From Azolla caroliniana (Eukaryota > Plantae > Polypodiophyta), in NCBI GenBank assembly GCA_043228905.1, contig JBHGNT010000007.1, positions 22,382,001-22,446,000 on the forward strand: 64,000 nucleotides of DNA, in the 5' to 3' direction. The position numbers and the translations under genes were made by a program. The notes under the pieces were generated by a model. It was given only the letters and a program-made list of their open reading frames with translations. It ran no database searches and was not told the origin of the DNA. Position 1 is the first letter of the stretch, and the number at the start of each line of letters is the position of its first letter. Shown here piece by piece: positions 23,940 through 37,500 of this stretch.

Positions 23940-25614
23940 AAGTGGTATCAGAGCGAAATGACACAGAAAATGGACGAATCGTTGGGAGGCATGTTCAAGC
24001 TCACCGGCTCCAACTATTCCGTGTGGAAGTCGAAGATGAGGGACATGCTCGTGGTTAAAGATCTTTGGTTGCCGGTTCAATTCGGGGACAAGAGACCGGA
24101 CAAAATCGACGCCACGATATGGGAGGTGATGCACATGAAGACTACGGCGTACATACGGTGCTTCATCGACATGAGTCTATACAACAACTTCAATGAAGAG
24201 AGCAAGGCTCATGAGCTCTGGGAGAAGATCGACATTATGTTTCAAAACAAAAATGTTGTTAATCAGGTTTCGGTATTTCGGAAGCTAGTAAGACTCTGGT
24301 ACCAAGATGGCTCCAGCATGGCGGAGCACATGAATGCCTTCCAGGGGCTGATCCACCAGGCAACATCATTGGAAGTACCTCTCGCCGATGAGGTACTAGC
24401 GTTACTCCTGCTCAGTTCCCTCCTAAATAGCTGGGAGACGTTGGTTGTCACTTTGGGCAACGCCGGGCCGGAAGGAAAACGGTTATCCCTAGCAAGAGTG
24501 AAGTCGAGCTTGCTAGATGAGGAGGCGCGTCGGAAAGATAAGGATACGAGCTCCGAATCCAAAGCGCTCCTTACCGAATCGGAACGCGGAAGAAAAAGGA
24601 ACCGTAGCCCCCAAAACCGGGAAAAGTCGGGGACACGATCAAAGTCAAGGGGGAGGCCTACTTGCTTCTATTGCGGCAAGTCGGGACACTTCCAGAAGAA
24701 TTGTCGGCACTTCCAAAAAGACAAGGAAATCGACGGTACCGATTCGAAGCGGACACCGGACTGGAACGGTAAAGACCGGAGGGGGCCAGACCGGAAGGGA
24801 ATGACGGCAATCGCGGCAATCACAGCAATCGCGGCAAGTGAAGAAGAGTTGATGCTCATCACCGAGGAGAGTGAGCTAAACCTTGCCGGCGACGAGATGA
24901 CCTAGGTGGTCGACTCCGGAGCGTCGTTCCACCTTACCCCGGACCGGAAATGCTCCTCATCCTACTCGGCCGGTGATCACGGTTGTGTCCGTATGGGGAA
25001 TGAAGGTACATGCCGAATTGTCAGCATAGGAGACGTGTGGTTGACAACACCAACCGGATGCAAGTTGCTGTTGAAGGATGTCCGACACATTTCGGAGGTT
25101 CGTCTGAACCTGATATCAGCCGGTCGACTAGATGATGAAGGCTGTTACCGGCCAACAAGGAGTCCAAAATACGGAGTGAAGGAATTAATTAAGTTTGGTT
25201 GTAAATAAGCATAGTATGGACGGACGGACTGGAAACGGTATGCCGTTCCAGATCCGGACGGATCCCGAATAGGTGCGATAGGCACCGTTTTGTACTACGG
25301 GCCGGAAACCTATTTAAAGGCCCGGACCCCATTGTAATCGCAGCGGATAATTAATAGAGCGTATGGTGTTTATACTTCTGTGTTGATTTCCGTTCTGTAC
25401 TTACTGTTATATCTTACGCGTGTAATTAACAAAAGCGCTCTAATCGTGTAACCTACTTAGGTCGGTGTAATCGTTGAGTCATAATCCTATGCCGTAATCA
25501 CCCTTTGGTGAAGTGTCTCCGCGACACCTTGTGTTAGGCCTTGTCCGGTCAGAGAACAACACAGTTTTGGCGACCACGATTCCTGCTTTCTCGCAGCGAA
25601 CGACGGCTTAATGG

Positions 25615-28600
25615 ATGACGAGACCAACGCACGACCTGGTTACAGACCGAGCTCGACGCCTCGCCGAACGGCAAAGACGGCATGAGACTTTCCAGCAAGC
25701 AGCGCACGAAATTCGCTCAGATCGTTCGTTCTCCAACGAGATCCGGAGAGTCGCGGAGGAATCTCTTCGGCTACAGCAAACTCGCGACCAGGACGACGGA
25801 AGCGGTCTAAGTAGTCTCCGGGAAACCGAACGCCTCCTCGAGGCGCTGGCAAGCGGAGAAAACGAGGCAGAAGCCTTTTCAGCCTACGAATCGGATTCCG
25901 AAGGGGGATACAGCATGCACACGAACTACCGGAGCAGCAACGATACCCCCGGCGGCCCGGAGGACGACGGGTCGGATACCGTACCGACTCCAGAACCAGA
26001 ACCGTTCGACCAGGGATATCCGGAACCGCAAACGGAAGCCGTCAACCCACCAACACCGGAAGTGGAAGAAGCAAAGCCACCGACACCAACAAAAGAGCCG
26101 GTGAAGGAACCGGAAAAAGAACCGGAAGAGGAACCGGAAAAAGCACTGGCAAAAGAACCGGAAGTGGAACCGGAGAGAAAACCGGAAAGATATCAACAAA
26201 CGCCACTAAACCGCGGCCTAATACTGGACGACGACATGCCGTTCCAATACTCAAAGTATCGCGATGATCCGGACGCGGAAGCGCATGTTCATGCCTTCGA
26301 GCAGACATGGGAAGCAAATCACGCGTCCCAGCGACTGACACCGGAGGAAGAAGAACGCTCGAAGATAGCGGAATTCGGGGTCACGTTGGAAGGACCAGCG
26401 GCACGATGGCGGCGGACGCAGGACCCGGCGACCATCACAACCTTTGCAGAATTAAAAGCAAATTCTTGCATTTTTTCCACAAGGAGGTCGACCAGACGAC
26501 AATGGTGGGCCTGTTTTATACGATCCGACAGGAGGCAGGGGAAAGCATTCCCCAATTCGTCATCCGTTTCCAACGAATGCATAGCCAGCTTGCCCGTGCA
26601 CCCCCGGAGGAGGAATTACGGACGATATTTTTAAACGCACTCCGGGAACCGTTACGCACGGTGTGTACGGTGATCGACTTTCGAGGAAGCACCATTGACC
26701 AGGTCATTGACCGGGTCAGAGAAATGGAAAAGTCAAGCTCATGGCTTACACTGGGAGCACTGCAACGGGCGTTACCCACCGATGAAGATCTCCGGTTCCG
26801 GCAGGCAATTCAATGCACGATCTGCTTGAATGCCGGACACTCGGCAGTGGAGTGCACCATGCGAACCCAGTGTGTGATTTGTCAATCCAAGAGTCATACA
26901 ACGGACCGGTGCGAGTATAACCTGTTAAACCGACAAGCACCACCCGTCCGACGGATCGAGCCAAGAAGCAGCCGAGACGAAGATGAAGATCGTTGGCAAA
27001 GAATGAACCGGTACCGACCGGCACAGGATGTCCGGTACGGAGACAGACAAGAGAATAATGGCCGGTACGGGGATCGGCATGATAACTACGACCGGTATGA
27101 GCGATCGGACCGTTATCGGGAGTCCAACAGACGACACGAGCAATACGACAGAGACCATTCCCCTGGTTACCGAAGGCACCAAGAGGACTACGGCCGATGT
27201 TACGATCCACCACGACAGGACTACCAAAATAAAAATAAGAATAATAAGAAACGTAATTTCAAGAAAGGTGGTCACACTAGGGACCCGGAACATGGAACCC
27301 CAAGGAGCCAACCGGCACAGAACGCACCACTCACTACGGGACCGACTCCGGCTACCAGCAATGCTGAATCCAGCAATACCCGTAAAGAGTACTGCTACTA
27401 CTGCAGGCAGGAAGGCCACTACAGTAACCAGTGCCCGGCAAAGAGCTACGATAAACGACCAGCAGTTAATATGGTGGTTCCGGAAGTGGCGGATGTACAA
27501 CAAGTAACCACACGGTCGAAAGGCATGGCCAAAGAGTGGGAAACACAAGAGGCCATACGAAAACAGGCGACGGAATGGGTGAAGGAAGCCAATGAAAGGA
27601 ACGTCGCGGACGCGGAACGGCAAAAGGCGAATACCATAGGGAGTGTCGGCGGTAGCCACGCAGAAAACGAGACATGGCAAGCACTGCAAGAATGTCAGAT
27701 CACGTTGCCATTAGGAAGACTCTTGCAGCTCGTGCCGCGATTTACGGAAGGACTAAAAACGGTCATGACAGACGGTATAGCCCCACCGGCACCAGTCCTC
27801 TTCTCGAATCCGGAGGAGGGACCGACGGTGGTGGACACTAGTAGTCCGGTGATTACAACTATTGTCAAAGGGCACGAACTTCCCGGCACAGTAATCGATG
27901 GAGGTTCCGGGGTGAACATAATAAGCCTCCGCATGTGTGATGCCTTGGGTATACATGAATGGGAGCCATGTCCGTTCTGGCTACGGATGGCGGATACGAG
28001 CTCTGTACGGCCGACGGGCTTAATACGGAAATTGGAAGTCACCATAGGAGGTCACACATTTCACATCTCGGTTGTAGTGCTGCAGCTACAGGCGCAAGGC
28101 GCATACCCACTGTTGCTGGGCAGACCATGGTTGAAAACAGCACACATCAAGCAAAATTGGCGGAAAAATATGATTACCTTCCGGCGCGGAAAAGCCAAGG
28201 TCCGGGTACCGACACAACCACGGACGAGCAACGGTAAGGAATGCACACCGCTGTATGCGGAATGTGTGAACATGCTTGAAGGGTTGGCAGACGACGAAGA
28301 AGCCCAGTACTTGGAGGAACACCCGAAGATCGTACCACTCTTCAAGATTGACGTAGCTGAAGCCGTAGCGCCATACTTGCCGCAGCGGGACGAAACCGAA
28401 GCCGAACCAGACAAAGATTCGATTCAGGAATTACGGCAAGCACAGGAAGCGTTGGAACGGGAAATGGCCGTTTCCCAACGGGTAAAAACATCCCAGCTCG
28501 ACGAAGTGAACCTAGGAAGCAAGGACGAATCAAAGCCGGTACACATCGCCAAAGAAATGAAGCCGAAAGATAAAGCGGCGATGATCAAACTTCTCACGGA

Positions 28601-31460
28601 GTTTCGCGACGTATTCGCCTGGTCATACGAAGACATGCGAGGGCTGGACCCTCAATTATATCAGCATCAGATCCACTTAGGCAAGGACGCGAAACCAGTG
28701 GCGCAAAGACGTTACCGAATGAACCCCAACTACGCCGCCAAAGTGAAGGAGGAAATCGACAAACTCCTAAGAGTGGGCTTCATCCGGCCGGTAAAGAAAG
28801 CGACGTGGCTGAGCCCCATCGTCGTCGTCCCAAAGAAGAACGGTAAAATCCGCGTGTGTGTAGATTACAGGAAACTAAATGCAGCCACAATTACGGATGC
28901 ATTCCCTCTTCCGTTCACGGATGGAGTACTGGATGCCGTCGCCGGCCATGAAGTTTATAGCTTTTTAGACGGGTTCAGCGGATACAATCAAATCCGGATG
29001 CACCCTGACGACCAGGAGAAGACAGCGTTCGTCACCGAATGGGGGGTGTTTGTGGCCGTAGTAATGATGTTCGGACTAAAAACGGCACCAGCAACTTTCC
29101 AGCGAATCATCATGGAGATCTTCGGCGAATACATTCCAGCCTTCATGCAGGTTTTCCTGGATGACTTTGCAGTCTATAGCCGGGAAAAAGACCATTTGCA
29201 GCACCTACGGTTATGCCTTGAAAAGTGTAGGTTATACCGGCTAAGCTTAAACCCAGCAAAATGCATCTTTGGGGTTTCAAGTGGAATATTACTGGGACAC
29301 ATTGTAAGTAAGGAGGGCATTACGGTCGACCCGGACAAAGTAAACGCGATACTAGGGGCACCGGCGCCAAAAACGGCCAAAGCACTAAGCCGATTCTTAG
29401 GACAGATCCGGTGGCACAGCCGGATGCTCCGTCACTTGGCTGACTTGGCTACACCATTACACACCGCGGTACATCGGACACCGTTCCAATGGACGGATAC
29501 GGAGGATAAGGCATACAATGCCCTGAAGGTACTTTTGTCGCAAGCACCCGTCGTGCAGCCTCCGGATTGGAGCAAGGAATTTCATGTGTTCGTTGACGCT
29601 TCCGACATCGCTATCGGCAGCGCCTTAATGCAACTTACGGAGCCCAAATGGTACCGGCCGGTATATTACGCCAGCCGGAAGCTGTCCCAAGCGGAGAAGA
29701 ACTATTCGACGACGGAACGGGAGGCCCTGGGCATGATCTACAGTGTAACAAAGTTTCGTCATTACCTATTGGGAAGGAAGTTCTCCTTTCATGTGGATCA
29801 CTCGGCGCTCCTGTACTTAGTGTCCAAGGCGTCCCTGACCGGTAAGTTGGCCCGTTGGACCTTGCTGTTGCAGGAGTTCGAATTCGAGATCTTCCACCGG
29901 CCCAGTATCCAGCATGCCGTAGCAGACTACCTGAGCCGGTTAGAGTCCGGAGAATCAGGCGACGGAGTATCAGATGAATTCCAGGACGCAGAGTTATTCC
30001 GTATCACCCCGGAAACGGCAGCGGACGACACGGTGGCATTAGAAGATAGGTGGCTGACAAACATGCACCAGTTCCTAAGCACGGGCCTGCCACCGGAGGA
30101 AATGAACCGGGACGAGAGGAAACGACTGGCGGTGCAGAGCCGCAATTTCTGTCTGTTACGGGACACTCTCTACCACAAGGGAGCAGATGGAATATGGAGA
30201 CGGGCAGTCCGTAGTGACGAGAAACAAGTAATCTTATGGGAAGCACACTGTGGGGTTGCCGGAGGACACTATGCCGGGGAAGCGACGGCAAGGAAAGTAT
30301 GGCAGAGCGGCTTATGGTGGCCCACGACGTTAAAAGACGCCGTCAAGTATGCTAAGGAATGTGACCTATGCCAACGAATGGGCCAGCCTACGGAGCAAGC
30401 ACGGATGCCACACCAACCGGTACTTCCACTAGAGCCATTCCAGAAGTGGGGGTTGGATTTTGTCGGACCGTTCAAGCCACCGGCAATGAGAACGGGTAAT
30501 CGTTATGTCATCGTGGCAACAGATTATTGCACTAAATGGGTGGAGGCTAAGGCCTTGAGAGACAACACCGCGTCATCCACAGCAAAATTCCTGTACGAAA
30601 ACATTTGGTGCCGATATGGATGTCCGATTGAATTAATCAGCGACCAAGGAGGGCACTTCCTCGGCCAGGTAGTTGAAAGCTTAACAACGTTCTATGCCGT
30701 GGTCCATAAACGGAGCACACCGTACTACCCACAAGCAAACGGGTTAGCAGAGTCAACCAACAAAACGCTCCAGAACATTCTCCGCAAAATCGTCAATGAA
30801 AACCGGACGGACTGGGATACAAAGCTCCATAGCGTGCTATGGGCGTACCGAACGGCATACAAAACAAGTATCCGGACAACGCCGTTCCGGTTAGCGTTCG
30901 GCTTAGAGGCGGTCATGCCGGTGGAATTTCAGGTACCAAGCTTACGGATCCAACTACGGGAACGGCTGAATGAAAAGGAGTCGGAGGAAATGCGGCTAGC
31001 AGCACTATGCGAACTGGAGGAGCAACGGCTGGCCAGCATCCTACACATGGAACTGGAGCAACGACGACGGAAAGCGTTCGTTGACCGTCACCGGAAAGGT
31101 AATGAAAAGATGTTCGAAATCGGAAAGCCGGTGCTAGTATTCCAAACGAGGATGGGCAAGATGCCGGGTAAACTCCGGTTTAGATGGACAGGCCCGTATT
31201 GGCTGACACGGGAATACAACGGGTCCTATCAGTTAGGGACACTTGCCGGTGAAGTGCTAGGCAAGTGGGTCAACGGATTTAGACTAAAGCCCTATAAAGG
31301 ACCGATGCCAAATAACCCGTTTATGCAGCCCACCGGCACTATACCGGGAACGGTACGGATGGAAGAAAAAGACGACGAGGAACTCGTAGCAGAGGCGAAG
31401 GAAGACACGGCAACCCGTAAGGAAAACGGTAAGGGTCCGAAGGGACCTACGGATGTGTAA
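25615..31460 (+). CDS. Gag-pol polyprotein (gag, 3 CCHC knuckles, PR, RT, RNase H, INT) with one frameshift near 26460
   Basis: ORFs 25615-26634 and 26307-31460 join as AELKA|KFLHFF. Motifs: VIDGGSGVN (PR), FLDDF (RT), VDASD (RH), HHCC, WGLDFVGP / SDQGGHF / NGLAESTNK and RWTGPY (INT). No chromodomain and no second RNase H. Confidence 0.93.
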
Positions 31461-31846
31461 GATCACATACCGTCATTTATAAAAATAAAAAAATAAAAAT
31501 AAAAATAAAAAAAGAGAAATCATTAAAAATCAAGGTATGAACGGACGTGAAAGCAAGGAGCGAAAAGGTACGTAGTGGGCATTTAAGAGCCGCCACATTA
31601 CTTAATACTAAATTGGTACATGACGTGCGCATGCTCGAAAAAGGCGCCAAGACGCACAGAGAAAAAGCAGAACGCATGGAGACCTTTTTTTTTCGCGAGC
31701 CAAGAAGCACAGAAGCACCAAGGCGGTGGAAGATTAGCAAACGCGAACCTGCACTCAGAGAACCCCCACGTTCGGAACTCTCTCTCTCTCGCTCTCACTC
31801 TCATCACCACTCTACCTCGCCATCTTTCCTCGACCTCGAAGCAGAC

Positions 31847-34516
31847 ATGGAACCACAAACGCTGTCGGAAGCGGCCAGGAAATGGCTCAGGCAACACGGA
31901 CTGGATGGGTTCTTGACCATCATGGAGGCACCACCGCACAAAGAAGCCGACCGGGTCATCAAGGAGCTCGACACAGAAGTCATCACCGAGGAAGCGATCC
32001 GTGCGTTAACAGGCCTTCCGGAGGGAGGTATTTTTCAGATCGATAACCCAACCTCGGAGCAACTCATCCGATATTTCGGTGAGTACTCTCTAGCCGGCAA
32101 AGGCTATCGAACGCAGGGCGGCGAAGATCCGCTATTCAGGGAGATAGCTCGACTGCTCCATGAGTACAGCCACGTGTACCCCCGACCCCCTGTCATGCCA
32201 AAAAATCGGGCAGGGATGATCATAGCCACCTATGAAGGGATCAAGGTGGATTGGCCGGTGTTGATTGCAGACGGTTTGTGCGCGGCAATCGACACGGTAC
32301 GAGGAAAGGACGGCAAGGAGGGCCGGAAGCTGTGGCATGCCGTAGCTCAGTGGATAACATTGCTCGCGCCGCCGGTCGAGACCGTCCAGCCAAAGAAGCG
32401 GCCAAGATTATCGGAAGGAAGCACCTCGAAGCCCGCGTCCAAACGACAGCAGCTGCTGGCGTCGAAGGCGACGAAAGGGAAGAAACGGCTCCCAGAACCG
32501 GAGGAGGTGTCACCGGTCCGACCCGTTAAGATAACCATACGGCGACCGGGACAGAAGGAACCGGAACCCTTGACGGCACAGATACATGCCGTTACCCAGG
32601 AAGAGGAAACGGAGGAGCCAGTAGAGCACCTCCAACGACGGTCAAGAAGTAGGACCGCCGGGACAGCGGGGGAGCGTTCGGACCCGCAAAAGGAAGAAAC
32701 GCACCCAACTCAACCTGAGCAAACCACAAGGGAGGAACCGGAACCGGTGCGTATAGAACCGGCCTTGTCGACTTCTATACAAGAAGTCATTCCAACGGCT
32801 CCGGAGACGGCGAGAACCGGAACTCAACAGCCGGCGAGCCCAGCCAGCACACACAGCGGCCAAGGAGTAGAACCAGAACGGCAGATACAGGCACTCAGAC
32901 CAGACAATTCCACAGTGAACGAGCCGACCCGACCAGTACAGCAGCAAGGCACCAGTAGCATGTGGCTACGGTGGGTAGGCGAGCAGATCGCCGGAGCGGT
33001 CGAGTACATAGAGGCGGAGGAGAGAGCGCACCACGAACGGTTGCTCGTCACAACCGTAGATCTAGAGACGGCCCGGTCCAGAATCCGGAGCCTTGAGCAA
33101 GACTTGGACAGGGTCACAAGGGAAATGGCTCAATTGGCTTTGACAACACAAGTCCAAGCACAGGTGACTCCGGGCAATGTACAGAATAAAGCGTCAGATC
33201 AACCTGTACATAGCAATCAGACCCCGGCAACGGAAACCGTTCCGGAGAGAAATGCGGCACAAGCCCAAGAGCTTGCGGACTTAAAGGATGAGCTAGCTGC
33301 CCAAGAAGCGCTGAGGAGCCGCGAAAGAGAGTTGAAGACGGCAGCGGAGGCAGAACTCAAAAAGACTGCTGAGAATCTACGCCGGGCCGAGGAGAGCTTA
33401 AGAAAAGGCCACCAAGCGTACGACCGGCTCAAGGAGGAAAAGGAGAAAATGCTGCAAGAGAAGGACAGGCTCCGGAGAAACGCCGAAACAGAAGTAGAGC
33501 GCCTGAAAGAGGAACTCCGGCAGCTAAAGGACCGGGAGGACCGGAACCATCGCCAGATCAACGGCAAGCTCAAACAAAAAACGGAGGAATTTGAGCACTT
33601 GCACCGGGAGTATAAACGGTTGCAAACGGAGCACAAGGAACGGACGGATGAGCTCCGGCAAGCAGTTGATCGGACCGCAACGGCATACGCTAATGAACAA
33701 GCGGAAACCAGAAGACGGTTGGAAGAGGCGGAGAAGGTTCGGACAGAGCTCCTCAGGCAACAGCAGGCGGAAAGAGAAAGAGCGGCGGAGGTACTGCAGA
33801 GGCTGTAGACAACATATCAAGGGCAGCTGACGCGCTACAGAGAGCAGGCGGAGGATACGGCTAATCTCATCAAGCAGTTGAAGGAGGAACGACAAGTTGT
33901 GGAAAGTAGAGCGCAAATGGGAGCAAGTCGCATCCAGGATATCATGCGGGCCTGGTTGAACCAGACTAAGAGCTTGATTGACAACGGTTCCGTCAAATGG
34001 TGGACCAAGTGGGCCCCGAACGCGGCGGAACTCCAATTGCTCCGGGCCGACGTAGAGAACCGGCGGAAGGAGGGAGATGATTGCTATATGCTGACTTCCG
34101 AAGACTTCACCGGCATAAGAGATGAGCTGGCCGAAGACTTTCAAGCCTTGGCAGAGGACCAACTAGGGCAAGTCCGGCAACTTGTAGCTCAGCTGGACGA
34201 CGACAGGCTAGAGGCGCAGATCCAGTTTGAAAGCTACGAGAGGTCCCAGATCCGGGAAGAGAAAGCACGAGAACCAGTAACGGTCAACCCCAGTGATGAG
34301 GAACCGTTACTGGAAGGAGACCGGACCGGAAGCAGTCAAACGGGGATGCCGGAGGCAGAGAAACAAACGGAGCAGCCGCCTATAGAGCAGCCGGAGCAGT
34401 CTCAGTCCCAACCGCAACCACAGCAGCAGCAGCAAGCACAGCCGCAACAACCACAACCGGAAGAACAATTGGAAACTCTGGAACAAAGTATTTTGGACAA
34501 TTTGGGTGAACAATGA
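31847..34516 (+). CDS. Additional ORF in the env position, about 889 codons with one internal TAG (33806-33808); globular N-terminus, disordered linker, long coiled coil, Q/P-rich tail
   Basis: ORFs 31547-33808 and 33878-34516 share a frame and the sequence between them is open after the single TAG. First ATG after the CT-rich tract is at 31847 (GACATGG). Confidence 0.8.
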
Positions 34517-37500
34517 AGGGGCCGAGAAGGGTTCGACGTACAAGGTACTATCCCACGGGCGTGCCATGTGTTACCGGCCGGCAAGGAGTCCAAAATACGG
34601 AGTGAAGGAATTAATTAAGTATGGTTGTAAATAAGCATAGTATGGACGGACGGACTGGAAACGGTATGCCGTTCCAGATCCGGACGGATCCCGAATAGGT
34701 GCGATAGGCACCGTTTTGTACTACGGGCCGGAAACCTATTTAAAGGCCCGGACCCCATTGTAATCGCAGCGGATAATTAATAGAGCGTATGGTGTTTATA
34801 CTTCTGTGTTGATTTCCGTTCTGTACTTACTGTTATATCTTACGCGTGTAATTAACAAAAGCGCTCTAATCGTGTAACCTACTTAGGTCGGTGTAATCGT
34901 TGAGTCATAATCCTATGCCGTAATCACCCTTTGGTGAAGTGTCTCCGCGACACCTTGTGTTAGGCCTTGTCCGGTCAGAGAACAACAAAGGCTACACGGG
35001 TAGCATCCGGAACGGTGTTATGAAGTTCAGCAAAGGAAGCCTGATTGTGGCTTGGGCCCGGAAGGTAAACACATTGTACCTAATGAATGCCCGGTTATGC
35101 CCGGAAGAAGTGAACATGGCTTCCGACACTGCTGGTGAGCTGTGGCACAAGAGGCTGTGTCACATGAGCGAGAAGGGGATGAAGAGGCTTGCAGACGACA
35201 ACCTCATTCTAGTGAAGAACGTGCACTTGGAGAAGTGCATTGATTGTTTGACCGGTAAACAAAACCGGACCTCCTTCCGATCGAGGCCACCGATGAGACG
35301 TAATGCACCACTGATGTATGTCAAGTGGACACAAAGTCACATGCCGGATTGCAATACTTCGTGACATTCATAGATGACCACAACCGGAAGCTGTGGGCCA
35401 CACTGTTGAAGACGAAGGATCAGGTGCTATCCGTCTTCAAAGAGCTCCACGCGAGAGTGGAAAGAGAAACCGGCTGAAAGCTGAAGGCGGCTCGACCAGA
35501 TAACGGAGGTGAATACCGGGGGCAGTTTGAGGAGTATTGTCGCTCGAAGGGAATCCGGCTCGAATTTACCATGCCGAAGACGCCGGAACTAAACGGGTTG
35601 GCCGAGAGGATGAACCAGACCATAATGGAGAGGGTCTGGAGTATACTGGCGCATGCAAAATTACCCAAGACGTTTTGGGCTGAGGTGTTGTCGACAACGA
35701 CGTATGTGATAAACAGATCACCCTCAGTGCCCTTGGATGGAGACACATCACAGAAGGTGTGGACCGGTAAGGAAGTGTCTTACCGACATCTGAAGGTGTT
35801 CGGGTGTCTCGCGTACGTGCATGTTGCTAAGGACCGGAGAGGAAAGTTGGATCCAAAGACCCGGCCATGCATATTCCTCGGATACGGCGATGATGAGTTC
35901 GGCTACCGAGTGTGGGATCCGGTTGACAAGAAGGCTTTCCGGAGTCGAGATATTTTCTTCATGGAGGACAAGACTCTTGCCGACTGGGAGTCGGAGAAGA
36001 AGATAATGAACTCCGATGAGATTTGGGCACACCCAGCTAAGAGCTGGTGGACACTCGAGGAACCAGCCGGTTACGGTGAGAATACCAAACCGGCAGAAGA
36101 AGAAGTAGAGGAAGTTGAAATCGGAACCGGCCAAGACCCCGAATTGGATTCGAATGAAGAACAAATAGTGGAGCCGGTTGCCGAAGGCCAAAGATGGAGA
36201 TATCCTCTCATAGAGAGAAGGCCCCCCCCCCCCGGAGATTTCCAGATGCAAAGCATGTGCTGTTGACTGATGAGGGAGAGCCGGAAAGCTTCGAAGAAGC
36301 GAAGGATGACACCCACAACCGCAAATGGTTAAGTGCCATGCAGGATGAGATGGATTCCCTGCATGAGAACCATACGTACAAATTGGTGGAGTTGTCGAAA
36401 GGAAAGCGGACACTCCGAAACAAGTGGGTGTACAAGTTGAAACCAGGAGATGCCGGTAACCCCCCGAGATACAAAGCCAGGATTGTGGTGAAGAGGTTCC
36501 AGCAGAAGAAGGACGTGAACTTCGACGAGATATTTGCCCCGGTAGTAAAGATGACCTCCATCCGGACGGTGCTGAGTATAGCGGCAAGCATGGACCTCGA
36601 GGTAGAGCAGCTAGACGTGAAGACGGCATTCCTTCACAGTGACCTCGAAGAGGAGATCTACATGCAGCAACCGGAAGGATTCGTGGAGAAAGGGAAGGAG
36701 CACCTGGTATGCCGGTTGAAGAAGAGCCTGTATGGACTGAAGCAAGCTCCCCGAAAATGGTACCGGAAGTTCGACTCCTTCATGACCGATCAAGGGTACC
36801 ACAAGACGCAGGCCGATCATTGCGTGTTTATGAAGAAGTTCGAAGGAGGCGACTTCCTGATACTCCTTCTCTACGTGGATGACATGTTGATCGTCGGACG
36901 GGACCAAGCCAGAATACGGATGCTGAAGAAGGCTCTCAACCGAACTTTCGCAATGAAAGACTTGGGTCTAGCAAGACAGATGTTGGGGATGCATATCATC
37001 CGGAACCGGCCAATGAAGCAACTATGGCTGTCACAAGAGAAATACGTGACAAAGGTTCTTCAGCGGTTCAACATGCTAGAAGCAAAACCGGTCGGATCGA
37101 CACTCCCGGCAAACTGTAGACTATCCGGTAAGCAAAGCCCGAAGACGAAAGCAGAGAAAGCTGATATGATGAAGGTTCCATATGCCTCTGCCATCGGGAG
37201 CTTGATGTACGCAATGGTGTGTACCCGACTGGATATAGGATACACAGTCGGAGTGGTGAGCCAGTTTATGAGCAATCTCGGCAAGGAGCACTGGAACGCG
37301 GTCAAATGGATACTCCGGTACCTGAAGGGCACTTCGAATATGTGTCTCTGATTCGGCCCCGGTAAACCTCAACTTGACGGTTTTACCGATTCAGACATGT
37401 CGGCTGATGTGGATACCAGCCGGTCTACATCCGGGTATGTAATGACATATGCAGGGGGAGCTGTTTCATGGCAGTCGAGGCTGCAGAAGACGGTTGCGTT

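Larger units (their letters stand above)
25143..34987 (+). mobile_element. Young, near-intact non-chromovirus Ty3/gypsy element (Athila-like) with an extra 3' ORF
   Basis: 419-bp LTRs 25143-25561 and 34569-34987 with 3 differences seen by eye. TSD AAGGC (25138-25142 / 34988-34992). PBS TGGCGACCACGA 25568-25579 after a 6-nt spacer. Confidence 0.97.

Noticed and set aside
26440-26480. Programmed -1 frameshift in the gypsy element
   Set aside because: The shift falls inside the capsid-like part of gag and there is no X XXY YYZ heptamer in frame. One missing A in GCA AA(A) TTC explains it, so a mutation or sequencing error is more likely.
33800-33815. Programmed stop read-through in the extra ORF
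   Set aside because: The context TAG ACA ACA is not the CARYYA read-through motif, and a CAG-to-TAG transition is simpler. Only sibling alignment can exclude it fully.
26925-36629. Long antisense ORFs inside the retrotransposons (for example 26925-27689, 33524-34162, 35748-36629)
   Set aside because: These are shadow frames of GC-rich coding sequence and have no recognisable motifs.
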